Numbered from the stretch's first letter, positions 16,522 to 26,535 are shown. The stretch is DNA of 64,000 bases from an uncultured Candidatus Saccharibacteria bacterium (GCA_964636355.1 CAZWRG010000003.1:793-64792), one strand, 5' to 3'. The notes: a model not told the origin generated them from the sequence alone. A program made the numbers and translations.

Positions 16522-17430
16522 ATGTCAGACACCAAAACAAACAACCAAAATCATTCTAATCAACATTTTCCAGTCCTTTTGGACGAAGTTCTTGATTATC
16601 TCCAACCTAAGGAAGGAGAATCGTATTTGGACTTAACAGCCGGATACGGGGGACACGCCGAAAAGATTCTGGAACGTACCTTACAACCAAGCAATTCTAC
16701 TTTAGTAGATCGCGATCAAAACGCAATTGCGGTTTTAACGCAAAAGTTTTCAGGCGGTGGCGCCCAGATAATTCACAAAGATTTTTTGGGAGCAAGCCAG
16801 GAGCTTTTGGCGTCAAGCCGACAATTCGATATGATTTTGGCTGATTTGGGGGTATCGTCACCGCACCTTGACAATGCAAGTCGTGGGTTCAGTCTCAAGA
16901 TAGATGGTCCGCTGGATATGCGCATGGATCAGACACAAAGCGTAACGGCCGAAATTATAGTTAATAGCTATAAGGAGGAGGAGTTGCGTGACCTAATCCG
17001 GCGTTATGGCGAAGAGCCGCGAGCTGGGAAAATTGCTCGTCTTCTGGTAGAAAACCGTCCAATTAAGACCACGCATGAACTTGCAAAAATCGTCGCCCAA
17101 GCTTGGCCGGGGCGTAGCAAAGTTCATCCCGCAACGCGAACCTTTCAAGCGCTTCGCATAGCGGTAAACAAAGAACTTGATCAGATTGAGCAAGCTTTGC
17201 CGATCTGGATTAATTTGCTGGCCCCCGGAGGGCGAATAGTGGTTATCAGTTTTCACAGCCTGGAGGATAGGATTGTGAAACAGCAGCTTAAAGAGCTGGC
17301 TGGTAATCGCTACGACGCCGTCCTGCAGCTGTTAACTAAACAGCCTGTAGTGGCTGGGCCGGATGAATTAGTTTTTAATCCGCGAGCGAGGAGCGCAAAA
17401 CTTCGAGCCGCAGCAAAACAAAAATCGTAA
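16522..17430 (+). CDS. rsmH: 16S rRNA (cytosine1402-N4)-methyltransferase RsmH
   Basis: HFPVLLDEVL, DLTAGYGGH, LADLGVSSPHLD and ISFHSLEDRIVK motifs. Confidence 0.9.
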   Translation: MSDTKTNNQNHSNQHFPVLLDEVLDYLQPKEGESYLDLTAGYGGHAEKILERTLQPSNSTLVDRDQNAIAVLTQKFSGGGAQIIHKDFLGASQELLASSRQFDMILADLGVSSPHLDNASRGFSLKIDGPLDMRMDQTQSVTAEIIVNSYKEEELRDLIRRYGEEPRAGKIARLLVENRPIKTTHELAKIVAQAWPGRSKVHPATRTFQALRIAVNKELDQIEQALPIWINLLAPGGRIVVISFHSLEDRIVKQQLKELAGNRYDAVLQLLTKQPVVAGPDELVFNPRARSAKLRAAAKQKS

Positions 17431-17619
17431 TCACCTAAAAAGGGTGGTTGCACAAAAAGAAAGGAAGAGGCATGCCAATTACGGTTAAAAACCTCTCCCG
17501 CGCATACAAGGTAAAAGTTCGAGTCGTTTAAGACTTGATCGCCAAGTATGAAGCAGCCTGTGCCCCAGTAAAATGGGGCATGGGACAAAGAAAAACCAAA
17601 ATAAAAACAAATATAAAAT

Positions 17620-17967
17620 ATGACATATTCCAATTCATTAGCGATGGGTAGGCAGCACTATGCGTCGCGAAACAAAAACATCACTACTTTTAAGCAAAAG
17701 CAAAAAACCATTGGTCCGGTTAGCAATACGATTATTTTAATTGTGTTGGCTTGTTTGGTGGGACTTTTGTATCTGACTCAAGTTACTAAGACCAACGCTT
17801 ATAGTTACCAAATGAATGACCTCAAGCAGACTCAGGCTGGTCTTCAGGACAAAAACGATCAGCTGGCAATTGACGCGGCGCGGCTACAGGCTCAGGAAAG
17901 AATCAAAAACAGTGATGTAGCCAAAAATATGGTAACCGTGGTGCCGGCCGGTTCAGTGCGGAATTAA
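17620..17967 (+). CDS. ftsL: FtsL-like cell division protein
   Basis: Bitopic: basic N-terminus, one TM, then a coiled-coil. Sits in the canonical position between rsmH and ftsI. Confidence 0.6.
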   Translation: MTYSNSLAMGRQHYASRNKNITTFKQKQKTIGPVSNTIILIVLACLVGLLYLTQVTKTNAYSYQMNDLKQTQAGLQDKNDQLAIDAARLQAQERIKNSDVAKNMVTVVPAGSVRN

Positions 17968-18013
17968 TATAGAATTTGCGGCGTGCTAAAGTAGGAGAGC
18001 ATTTGCTTAAAAT

Positions 18014-19783
18014 ATGACGCCAAAGAATAACAACCTACCATTTTTAAGTTCGTTGCAGCGCGTGCGGCTGTGGCATGCTTTGCTGCTGATTGTCGCGGCG
18101 GTTTTTGTAGTTCGTTTATTTTATTTGCAGGTTATTCGGCATAATCATTATCAAATTGCGGCGTTAAACAGCCAGTTCAAGCAATATGAAATCCCGGCTG
18201 AGAGGGGTGTTATAGAGGCTTATAACGGTGATCAAGTTGTGCCAATTGTGCTCAATGAAAAGCGCTACACTCTGTATGCCGATCCAATTTATGTTAAAGA
18301 CGCCGCCGCGGCTGCTCAGGCTATAAGCTCGGCAATTGGCGGCAAGCAGCAGGATTATCAGGAATTGCTTAGCACTCCAGACACCAGATATGTGGTGCTA
18401 GCCGAAAAGCTTGATGAAGCTAAAAGTCAAAAGATAGAATCACTGGAGCTAAAGGGTATTGGCACCCGCGAAGTGCCGTACAGAACTTATCCTCAAGGTA
18501 ATTTAGCGGCTCAGCTACTGGGTTTTGTGAATAACGAAGGGCAGGGGAAGTATGGTGTTGAGCAGGCTTTGGATGATGTTTTAAACGGCACTCCAGGTCA
18601 GCTAAAAGCCATCACTGACGCTTCGGGCGTGCCGCTGGCTGCCAACAAAGACAATGTGAATATCGAGCCGCAGGCCGGCGACCGAGTGCTGTTAACAATT
18701 GATATCGCCATGCAACATAAGCTGGAGGAAATTCTCCGATCAGAACTAAAACGTTCAAAATCGGAAGCCGGCAGTGCGCTGATAATGGATCCCAGTAGCG
18801 GGGCGATCAAAGCGATGGCTAACTATCCAACCTATGATCCAGCTAAATTTTCAGAGGTTCAGGATGGCGCCCGGTTTAATAACGCTACCGTCAGCAAGCC
18901 GCTGGAAGTCGGTTCAATCATGAAACCCTTAACGGCCGCGGCTGCCATGAATTTAGGCGCAGTTAATGAAAACTCCAGATTTTACGATTCCGGGCAGATG
19001 CGAATAGGCGATTCGGTGGTTAGCAATGTCGAAGAAGACGGCGGACCAGGCATGAAAGGTGTTCAGGATACCTTGCAGCTGTCTCTAAACACCGGCGCTG
19101 CGTGGTTGTTATCGCAAATGGGCGGCGGCGAAATTAACAGTCAGGCTCGCGGGCGCTGGCATGATTATATGGTTAATAAATATGGCTTTAGTAAATTGAC
19201 GGGCATTGAACAGGGCTATGAAGCCAGCGGTTTTGTGCCTGATCCAAATGACGGGTTTGGTCTTGGCATAACTTACGCTAATACCAGTTTTGGACAAGGT
19301 ATGACAGCTACGCCGCTGCAAATGGCGGCTGCGATTTCTAGTGTCGTAAATGGCGGTACTTACTACCAGCCGCGCTTAATTGCCAAAACTTATAATAATG
19401 ACGGTGAAAAAATATATCATCCAAAAGTCATAAACGACGCAGTTGTTAGTGAAGCGGTCGGGAAAAAAATTAAAGGCATGATGGAGTATACTTACGGCCG
19501 TAATCGAATTGGTTATGGTTCGACCAGAGATTTGCCAAATTATTCAATTGGCGGCAAAACCGGTACGGCTGAAATAGCTCGTCCGGAGGGTGGTTATTTT
19601 GAGAATGTTTTTAACGGAACATACATGGGATTTTTGGGCGGCCAAGAGGCCGAGTACGTTATTGTGGTGGTTGCTGAGAAGCCAAAAATTCCTGGTTACG
19701 CCGGGGCCAAGGCGGCTGCCCCGATATTTATAAAATTAACCGAAATGCTGGTTGATAACTTCAATGTCAGCCCCAAAAATTAA
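18014..19783 (+). CDS. ftsI: Class B penicillin-binding protein (FtsI/PBP2-type transpeptidase)
   Basis: N-terminal TM. SxxK (SIMK), SxN (SLN) and KTG (KTGTA) motifs. Confidence 0.85.
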   Translation: MTPKNNNLPFLSSLQRVRLWHALLLIVAAVFVVRLFYLQVIRHNHYQIAALNSQFKQYEIPAERGVIEAYNGDQVVPIVLNEKRYTLYADPIYVKDAAAAAQAISSAIGGKQQDYQELLSTPDTRYVVLAEKLDEAKSQKIESLELKGIGTREVPYRTYPQGNLAAQLLGFVNNEGQGKYGVEQALDDVLNGTPGQLKAITDASGVPLAANKDNVNIEPQAGDRVLLTIDIAMQHKLEEILRSELKRSKSEAGSALIMDPSSGAIKAMANYPTYDPAKFSEVQDGARFNNATVSKPLEVGSIMKPLTAAAAMNLGAVNENSRFYDSGQMRIGDSVVSNVEEDGGPGMKGVQDTLQLSLNTGAAWLLSQMGGGEINSQARGRWHDYMVNKYGFSKLTGIEQGYEASGFVPDPNDGFGLGITYANTSFGQGMTATPLQMAAAISSVVNGGTYYQPRLIAKTYNNDGEKIYHPKVINDAVVSEAVGKKIKGMMEYTYGRNRIGYGSTRDLPNYSIGGKTGTAEIARPEGGYFENVFNGTYMGFLGGQEAEYVIVVVAEKPKIPGYAGAKAAAPIFIKLTEMLVDNFNVSPKN

Positions 19784-19840
19784 CCTTAAATAGGGCTAGC
19801 TTTAATAGGTATTAACAGAGTATAATTAAAAGAACTAAAT

Positions 19841-20878
19841 ATGAACGAAACAATAAATTTAGTAGTCCAGTCAAATACCGTTATCCGCATTTTGCTGCTG
19901 GGATTTTTGAGTTTTTTGTTGAGCATGGCGCTAACTCCGTTCTATACTTACGTCGCCTATAAATGGAAGTGGTGGAAGCAGCATCGTCAGGATGCTTGGG
20001 GCGGCGGCAAGGCTAGCGTTTACGCCAAACTTCACGCTGCCAAACACAAGCGTAATATTCCAACCATGGCCGGTATTGTGTTTGTTGTGTCCGCTGTTCT
20101 AGTGACGGTTGGACTTAATCTAAGCAGAAGTGAAACCTGGTTGCCGCTGGCTGGTATGGTTGGTTCGGGAATTGTTGGGCTGGTTGATGATTGGATTAAT
20201 ATTCGCGGTAATGGCACTGGAATTGCCGGCATGCGGTCAAAGATTAAGTTTGCGCTGCATAGTTTGGTGGCGCTGTTTGGCGGCTGGTGGTTTTATGCCA
20301 AATTGGATGTCAGTAGTCTCAATTTTGGTTTTGGCGAAGTTACAATTGGTGCTCTGGTGATTGTTCTGTTTTGGTTTGTAGCCGTAGCCACTGCTAACGC
20401 GGTTAATATAACTGATGGGCTGGACGGTTTGGCTGGCGGTTTGTTGGTGTCGTCTTTTAGTGCATATTCGATGATCGCCGTTATCCAAGGCAAGTATGCT
20501 TTAGCTGGTTTTTGCCTAACAATTGTTGGTGCGCTGCTTAGTTACACCTGGTTTAACATTTTTCCGGCGCGGTTCTTTATGGGCGATGTTGGTTCTTTTG
20601 CGCTGGGTACGGCGCTGGGAATAATCGCTCTGCAAACCAACACGATATATGTTTTGCCAATTGTTGGAATTGTTTATGTGGCCGAGACCAGTTCGGTAAT
20701 AATTAACCGTTTGTCTAGAAAGTTCCGAGGTGGTAAAAAGGTATTTTTGTCATCGCCGATTCACCATCATTTTGAAGCAATTGGCTGGCCAGAGACAAAA
20801 GTTACCATGCGTTTTTGGATTGTTGGACAGGTTTCGGCAGTGCTCGGTTTAATACTCTTCCTGCTGGGGCGGCAATAA
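19841..20878 (+). CDS. mraY: Phospho-N-acetylmuramoyl-pentapeptide transferase MraY
   Basis: NAVNITDGLDGLAGG, FMGDVGS and HHHFE motifs. Polytopic membrane protein. Confidence 0.9.
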   Translation: MNETINLVVQSNTVIRILLLGFLSFLLSMALTPFYTYVAYKWKWWKQHRQDAWGGGKASVYAKLHAAKHKRNIPTMAGIVFVVSAVLVTVGLNLSRSETWLPLAGMVGSGIVGLVDDWINIRGNGTGIAGMRSKIKFALHSLVALFGGWWFYAKLDVSSLNFGFGEVTIGALVIVLFWFVAVATANAVNITDGLDGLAGGLLVSSFSAYSMIAVIQGKYALAGFCLTIVGALLSYTWFNIFPARFFMGDVGSFALGTALGIIALQTNTIYVLPIVGIVYVAETSSVIINRLSRKFRGGKKVFLSSPIHHHFEAIGWPETKVTMRFWIVGQVSAVLGLILFLLGRQ

Positions 20879-20882
20879 AATT

Positions 20883-22139
20883 ATGCGGCCGATAGCTGCA
20901 CCAAGACGGCCAGTAATTAGAGGCGGCCAAAACGCTCCCAGGAAGCATAAACCCGATTATATTTTGGTCTTAATGAGCATTTTGCTGCTGGTGGTTGGTC
21001 TGGTGGTTGTCTACGCGATAAGTCCGGGACTGAGCGCTCAGAATGACGTCAGCGAGAATTACTATGTTTTAAAGCAACTAACAGCCATCGGTCTGGGAAT
21101 TGCGGCGTTTAGCGTTATGGCTTTTGTGCCGTACACCAAATGGAAAAATCTGCAGAAGCCTCTGATTGGTTTTGCGCTGGTGGCCACGCTTATTGCGTTG
21201 ATTATGCCGGTAAGTCCTGAGTATCCGGCGCATCGCTGGATACGTTTTGGGGGTTTCTCGCTGCAATCGGTGGAGATTGTCAAGATGGCGCTTATTGTTG
21301 GGTTGGCCGCTTTCTTGGAGAAGCGCATCAGGCAGGGCAGAGTAGGGGACTTTAATGCAACCCTAAAACCGCTGGCGTTATTACTGCTTGGGACGGCTGT
21401 GGTGGTGGCTTTTCTTCAGAAAGATTTGGGCTCGATGGTGGTGATTGCCGCCGCTGTCGGTGCAATGACATTTGTAGCCGGGCTAAGACTTAAGTGGTTG
21501 GCGGCGGCGCTGCTGATAGGCTTAGTGCTTTTGGCAGTGTTTATTTTGCCGTTTGCATACCGAAGAGAGCGTTTGACAACTTTTATGAACCCAGAGGCCG
21601 ACTGTGTTAGCTCTGGTTATCAGGCTTGCCAGGCTTTAATAGCCGTTGGCTCAGGGGGTTTGTTTGGTAAAGGTTTGGCGTATAGCGGGCAGGCTTATGG
21701 CTATTTGCCGGAAGCCGCCAATGACTCGATATTTGCGGTGGTGGCCGAGAAATTCGGTTTTGTTGGCGCGTCACTTTTAGTGATCTTGTTCGCGGCGCTG
21801 TTTACCAGAATTAAAAATATTATCGAACGGGCGCCGGATGATTTTTCGAAGTTAATGGTCGTTGGTATATTGGCCTGGCTAAGCACTCAGGCCTTTATAA
21901 ATATTGGCGCGATGATTGGACTGTTGCCGCTTAAGGGCATTACGTTGCCATTTATAAGTTACGGAGGCACCAGCGTGGTTTTTGTGACTGCGGCGACGGG
22001 CTTGATCTTTAACATTTCCAGATACACATCATATGCAGCAAATAATACAACATATCAAGAAAGGCCCAGTAATGAAGATACTGTTGAGCGGCGGCGGAAC
22101 CGGCGGACACATTACTCCAATATTAGCCGTCGCCGATGA
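20883..22139 (+). CDS. ftsW: SEDS-family peptidoglycan polymerase FtsW/RodA
   Basis: GSGGLFGKGL ... YLPEAANDSIFAV ... LPFISYGGTS motifs. Confidence 0.85.
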   Translation: MRPIAAPRRPVIRGGQNAPRKHKPDYILVLMSILLLVVGLVVVYAISPGLSAQNDVSENYYVLKQLTAIGLGIAAFSVMAFVPYTKWKNLQKPLIGFALVATLIALIMPVSPEYPAHRWIRFGGFSLQSVEIVKMALIVGLAAFLEKRIRQGRVGDFNATLKPLALLLLGTAVVVAFLQKDLGSMVVIAAAVGAMTFVAGLRLKWLAAALLIGLVLLAVFILPFAYRRERLTTFMNPEADCVSSGYQACQALIAVGSGGLFGKGLAYSGQAYGYLPEAANDSIFAVVAEKFGFVGASLLVILFAALFTRIKNIIERAPDDFSKLMVVGILAWLSTQAFINIGAMIGLLPLKGITLPFISYGGTSVVFVTAATGLIFNISRYTSYAANNTTYQERPSNEDTVERRRNRRTHYSNISRRR

Positions 22140-23232
22140 GCTAAAGCGTCTCGACCCAAATTGTTACATCATTTACGTTGGTGAGCGTGGCGGTCAGTTC
22201 TCTTCGATGATTGAAAAAGGTCAAACTATTGACGAGATTCATACCGTTTTTGCCGGAAAGTACCGCCGTTATCATGGCGAATCGATGCTTCGTCGACTAT
22301 TCGATTTTAAGACTAATTTATTGAATATCCGTGATGGATTTTTGTTTGCAATAGGCAGCCTTCAGGCAATGTTTCTGATTAAAAAACTGCGCCCAGATGT
22401 AGTTTTTTTAAAGGGCGGTTTTGTTGGCGTGCCAGTTGGTTTGGCGGCAGCTTTATGGAACCGAATAATTGTAACTCATGATTCGGACGCCGTACCCGGC
22501 CTGGCCAACCGGCTGATAAGTCGATGGGTGAATATTCATGCCACCGGAATGCCGGCAGAGTATTATAATTTTCCGAAAGAATCCGCCCGTCATGTAGGCG
22601 TGTTAGTTAGCAAAGACTACTCACCAGTTGATGACGCACAGCAACTGAAATTCAAGTCAGAGCTTGATATTCCGGTTAAAGCAAAGCTGCTGCTTATAAC
22701 TGGCGGCAGCCTCGGTGCTCAGCGGCTAAACACCGCAGTCAAGTTAAAAGTTCCAGAGCTGCTAGACAAGCACTCAGATCTCTATGTTATTCACCAAGTT
22801 GGTAAAAATAATCTAAAAATTTACGATGATTATAACCATCAGCGTTTGCAGGTTTTAGAGTTCTTAAAGCCAATGCATGTTTATACTGGCGCGGCTGATT
22901 TGGTGGTTTCCCGCGCTGGAGCTAATACTTTAGCGGAGCTTGGAGTTCAGGGTAAGCCCTGCATTGTGGTGCCTAATCCGCAGCTTACTGGCGGCCATCA
23001 ACTGAAAAATGCCGATAACTTAAAAGCTCAAGGCGCAGTGGAGGTGGTCGATGAGCTAACCTTCAAAAATGATCAGACAAAACTAGCCGCAACCATTGAT
23101 CGGCTGCTAACAGATTCATCAGCCCGTAAAGAACTGAGCCGAAAAATTCAATCAGTTACAATAGCTGATGCCAGCACAAAGCTGGCAATGATATTATTAG
23201 AAGCAGGCGAGCGTTCAAATAAAAATAGGTAA
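22072..23232 (+). CDS. murG: UDP-GlcNAc:lipid I GlcNAc transferase MurG
   Basis: MKILLSGGGTGGHITP N-terminus. The listed ORF starts at 22033. The ATG at 22072 is preferred and overlaps the ftsW 3' end by 68 nt. Confidence 0.85.
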   Translation: MKILLSGGGTGGHITPILAVADELKRLDPNCYIIYVGERGGQFSSMIEKGQTIDEIHTVFAGKYRRYHGESMLRRLFDFKTNLLNIRDGFLFAIGSLQAMFLIKKLRPDVVFLKGGFVGVPVGLAAALWNRIIVTHDSDAVPGLANRLISRWVNIHATGMPAEYYNFPKESARHVGVLVSKDYSPVDDAQQLKFKSELDIPVKAKLLLITGGSLGAQRLNTAVKLKVPELLDKHSDLYVIHQVGKNNLKIYDDYNHQRLQVLEFLKPMHVYTGAADLVVSRAGANTLAELGVQGKPCIVVPNPQLTGGHQLKNADNLKAQGAVEVVDELTFKNDQTKLAATIDRLLTDSSARKELSRKIQSVTIADASTKLAMILLEAGERSNKNR

Positions 23233-23235
23233 AAT

Positions 23236-24159
23236 ATGTTTGGCAAAAGAAAAACCAAAACACCTCAGCGAAGAGAGGTAAAAACCCAGCAATCGACGCG
23301 AGTTTTTTCATATTATGCCCAACGTTCTGGGGGCGGCTCAGCCAATCGTCAGCCGCAGGATTCGCGGAAGCCTGGCGCACCATCAGCCAACAGGCCGGGC
23401 ATAAATAGACGCTTAATTATCACAAACCTGCCAGTAATCATGATTTTACTGGTGTTATTTGCGTGCGGTTTTTATCTTTCAACTTTAAGCACCAGGCCTA
23501 AAATCCAAATAATTGGAGATGATAATAAAGCCTCACTGATTAACTTAAAAGCTTATGAAGCTGATGTTGAAGGTTTGCTTAGCGAGTCAATTTTAAATCG
23601 TAGCAAGCTGCTGATTGACACCGACAAAATTACCTCTGATATTAAGCAAAAGTACCCTGAACTGGGCGACGTGGCATTAATATTGCCGCTGGTTAGCCGT
23701 CGTCCAATTTTGCATATCAGCCCAGAAAAACCAGCTTTAATATTGAGTTCACAGGCTGGTTCATTGGTGGTGGCTCAAAATGGTCGAGCCATCTTAGGCA
23801 CCGATGAAGCGCCAAGCTCTGTCAAAAATAACATCCCGGTAGTTCAAGATGACAGCGGTCTGGAGGCAGAGCCAGGGTCTTATGTTCTAGCCGAAGATTC
23901 AGTGGAGTTTATAACAGAAATTTACGCTCAGTTGTCTCGGGCTAAAATGACACCTAAGTCATTTATAATGCCGCCGACCGCTGGTGAGCTGCATGTCAGA
24001 ATTGATAAACAGACATACTATATAAAATTTGACCTGAAAGGGGATGGGCGAAAGCAGGCTGGCACTTATCTGGCAGTGCAGGGGCATTTGAAGTCAAATG
24101 GAATTAGCCCGGCGCAGTATGTAGATGTTAGGGTTCCTGGCCGAGCATTCTATAAATAG
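23236..24159 (+). CDS. ftsQ: FtsQ/DivIB-like cell division protein
   Basis: Basic N-terminus, one TM, POTRA-like extracytoplasmic domain. Sits after murG. Confidence 0.6.
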   Translation: MFGKRKTKTPQRREVKTQQSTRVFSYYAQRSGGGSANRQPQDSRKPGAPSANRPGINRRLIITNLPVIMILLVLFACGFYLSTLSTRPKIQIIGDDNKASLINLKAYEADVEGLLSESILNRSKLLIDTDKITSDIKQKYPELGDVALILPLVSRRPILHISPEKPALILSSQAGSLVVAQNGRAILGTDEAPSSVKNNIPVVQDDSGLEAEPGSYVLAEDSVEFITEIYAQLSRAKMTPKSFIMPPTAGELHVRIDKQTYYIKFDLKGDGRKQAGTYLAVQGHLKSNGISPAQYVDVRVPGRAFYK

Positions 24160-24856
24160 CCCGAAAGTCATCAGGCGTTTAAGGGGGCTACTGCTCCACT
24201 CTCCCCCTCAAGTTCGCATTTTGTTCAGTATTCTTGTTTATGAATAATAGTGAAAAACTATATAAACATATAAAAATTAGTAAAAGTCAAAAATTATATA
24301 AAAAAAGGCAGGGAGTGGGGGAGTCCATATAAAACAAACAAAACAACAAAAAAGCAAATATTTTCACGCAAAAAGCAAATCTGCTGTGGAAAAGTTGTTG
24401 TGGATTATGTAAGTAGCTGTGGATTAGTAGGCCGCCAGATGCCGACACATAGGCATTTAGTACGGGGCTCTTATCCATATAGCATATAGCCTGAGGTCTT
24501 TAACTTACATAAAGCGCACAAACTAACAGCCAGTCACGGCATTATCACTAAATTAGTTGTATGGTCCCCTGCAGAAGAGGTATCAGTTATCATCTATAAT
24601 TCTTAAACAAGAGTCGCAAAATATACATTGTGCGACGTCATGTCTATGTTCAGATTTGGTTCACTGCTACGCTTAGATTTGAGATATTTTTGAGTTTTGC
24701 CCAAGCCTGACTTACATAAGATTTATAATTCTGCCCCGCTCGGTGATTTGTATGTATTTTTTAAGCATGTTTTTATGAATGCCTGCTTTAACGCATGTTA
24801 ATATCTAATTTTACAAATCTAAACCTTGTTCGCAAAACGTTCGGTTTTAATCGAGC

Positions 24857-25309
24857 CTATTTTCTTTTGAACAATGCGGGACTTTGTGTGGCTAGATCAC
24901 CTATAGCCCAACCATATATTAATTCAGGAGTAACTCTAGCTTCTGGAGAATTAACTCCAGTGTATGGATAAGCCTTATCGAGTCGCTGTTTTTTAATATG
25001 CATTGCCAGTTCATGCAGCATATTTACAGGGTTTTTTAACATGCTAGCCTGTTCATGGAAGGTTCTAAGATGTTCCGCACTGGGAACTAATGGCGGACTG
25101 TCTTCCTCTTGCGGATCTGTAACCAGGCTTGCTACGGCAGTTGTAAATGCTGCCCAATAGGCTTTTTCATCCGGGGTCATATGATCCACGGTTTGGTCAT
25201 CAATTTCAAACGTTATTGCTATTTGGTTAAATGCCCAATCTTCGGCGGACCAGGGGAGATCTTCAACTTGCATTTCAATAACAGCAGGCTCTTTTAATAC
25301 ATCTGACAT
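24857..25309 (-). CDS. Hypothetical acidic protein
   Basis: 150-aa ORF, 18 nt downstream of the 25328-26365 gene on the same strand. Confidence 0.5.
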   Translation of the reverse strand: MSDVLKEPAVIEMQVEDLPWSAEDWAFNQIAITFEIDDQTVDHMTPDEKAYWAAFTTAVASLVTDPQEEDSPPLVPSAEHLRTFHEQASMLKNPVNMLHELAMHIKKQRLDKAYPYTGVNSPEARVTPELIYGWAIGDLATQSPALFKRK

Positions 25310-25327
25310 ATTGTTTATATTTTTAGA

Positions 25328-26365
25328 TTATTCAGCGAGGGCGTAGGTGGCTTTGGCGACACGCTTGAACTGTGGCTTGCCTTGGAGGTTTAAAAGAATG
25401 GTAGTTTCTTTGACGTGGCGGCTTTTTAGGACCTGTTTGACGATTTCGTCGCGGTGCATAGGCTCGCCGGTCTTTTTGAGGACTTCGGCGATGATATCTG
25501 CAACCGTTCCCCTGCTATATCCCCACTCTTTAAGAGCGTAGATACCGCGGCCAATGAGCACGAATCGTTTGTCTTTGATGAGTTCGTTGTGGATGGCCTG
25601 AGTGGTGACGTCTTTTCGCTTAAAATCGGACTTTTTGATGGCGTCAGAGATTTCGCTAAAGTGAAGCGGCTTGCCAGTTTCCTGCAAAATGACATAGATT
25701 TTATCGCGAATGTTCTTAGGGTTTACAGTCGGCCACTTAACCAGTCCCCAGCGGCCGTTGAGGGTCGCTAGGTGTTTGCTGATGCTGGCCAGAGCTGCGA
25801 CCTGCTTAACATCAGTCATTTTAGCCTGTTCGGCTACTTTCTCAGCCGAAGCCGGTTCGCCGATTTTCTTAATAGCGTCAATTATAACACCAACCTGATC
25901 TTTGATTTTCTTCTCGTTATGCACGCTTAAAACGCCAACGGCATGATAAAAATGATCGTTGTCTTCAATTACTACTAACTTCGGGGCCAACACAGCCAGG
26001 AAAGAAATTCTGGCCTGATCGATTTTAGAATTATCTTTAGACAGCCGGCTGCCAAGTTCAGAAATGCGCGCCACATTGCCAAGGGCTTCTATTTCCTCCA
26101 AAATGGCAGCTTCTGCTTGGTCGAGGTTTGGTAGCTGCCCTTCTTCGGCAGCAGCTTTCATTTTAATCAGAACAGCTTTTTCCAGCTGCCTGACTCGTTC
26201 CCTGGTGATGCCGAGTAATTCACCAATTTGTTCCAAGGTTTCACGGCGGTCAAACAAGCCAAAACGTCTCGATATTATTTCCCTTTCGCGCTCTCGCTCG
26301 ATGGTTTTCAGAATGTCGGTTGTAATCTTTTCGATTTGGAGTTTTGTTGCTTGAGCTTCAGCCAT
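25328..26365 (-). CDS. Sigma-70 region-4-like HTH fused to repeated HARE-HTH-like domains (not a complete sigma factor)
   Basis: TLEQIGELLGITRERVRQLEKAVLIKMK matches region 4.2. Later units such as IYVILQETGKPLHFSEI ... GIYALKEWGY match the HARE-HTH pattern. No region 2. Confidence 0.6.
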   Translation of the reverse strand: MAEAQATKLQIEKITTDILKTIEREREREIISRRFGLFDRRETLEQIGELLGITRERVRQLEKAVLIKMKAAAEEGQLPNLDQAEAAILEEIEALGNVARISELGSRLSKDNSKIDQARISFLAVLAPKLVVIEDNDHFYHAVGVLSVHNEKKIKDQVGVIIDAIKKIGEPASAEKVAEQAKMTDVKQVAALASISKHLATLNGRWGLVKWPTVNPKNIRDKIYVILQETGKPLHFSEISDAIKKSDFKRKDVTTQAIHNELIKDKRFVLIGRGIYALKEWGYSRGTVADIIAEVLKKTGEPMHRDEIVKQVLKSRHVKETTILLNLQGKPQFKRVAKATYALAE

Positions 26366-26535
26366 TATTACTGTTCCCTTACCTTTAATATTCTCTTAAT
26401 TTAACCTTATTGTAAAACAAATATTGAATCAAGTCAATAGAGTCTCTAAATATATACTTATTTTAGCACGAAATAGACTTAATTGCTGAATCTATTATAT
26501 AGAAGCTTACAACAATATATATTGCCACTCTGTAA

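Noticed and set aside
24287-24478. 63-aa minus-strand ORF in the convergent gap
   Set aside because: It covers the AT-rich block and the repeat cluster, and it has a hydrophobic, low-complexity sequence with no ribosome-binding site.
24385-24730. Calling a dif (XerC/D) site at one of the three TTATGTAAGT copies
   Set aside because: Only the XerD-arm-like half is present. The positions where a CATAA-type XerC arm should lie (6 nt away) read GTTGT, CTGTTAGTTTG or TAATTCTG, so no 28-bp dif can be assembled.
24160-24856. Calling this gap the replication origin (oriC)
   Set aside because: DnaA-box-like 9-mers and an AT-rich block are present. However, none of the four boxes is a perfect consensus, no dnaA or dnaN gene is nearby, and the flanking genes converge on the gap rather than diverge from it. 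That orientation is the signature expected at a terminus. It is kept as an open finding rather than a feature.
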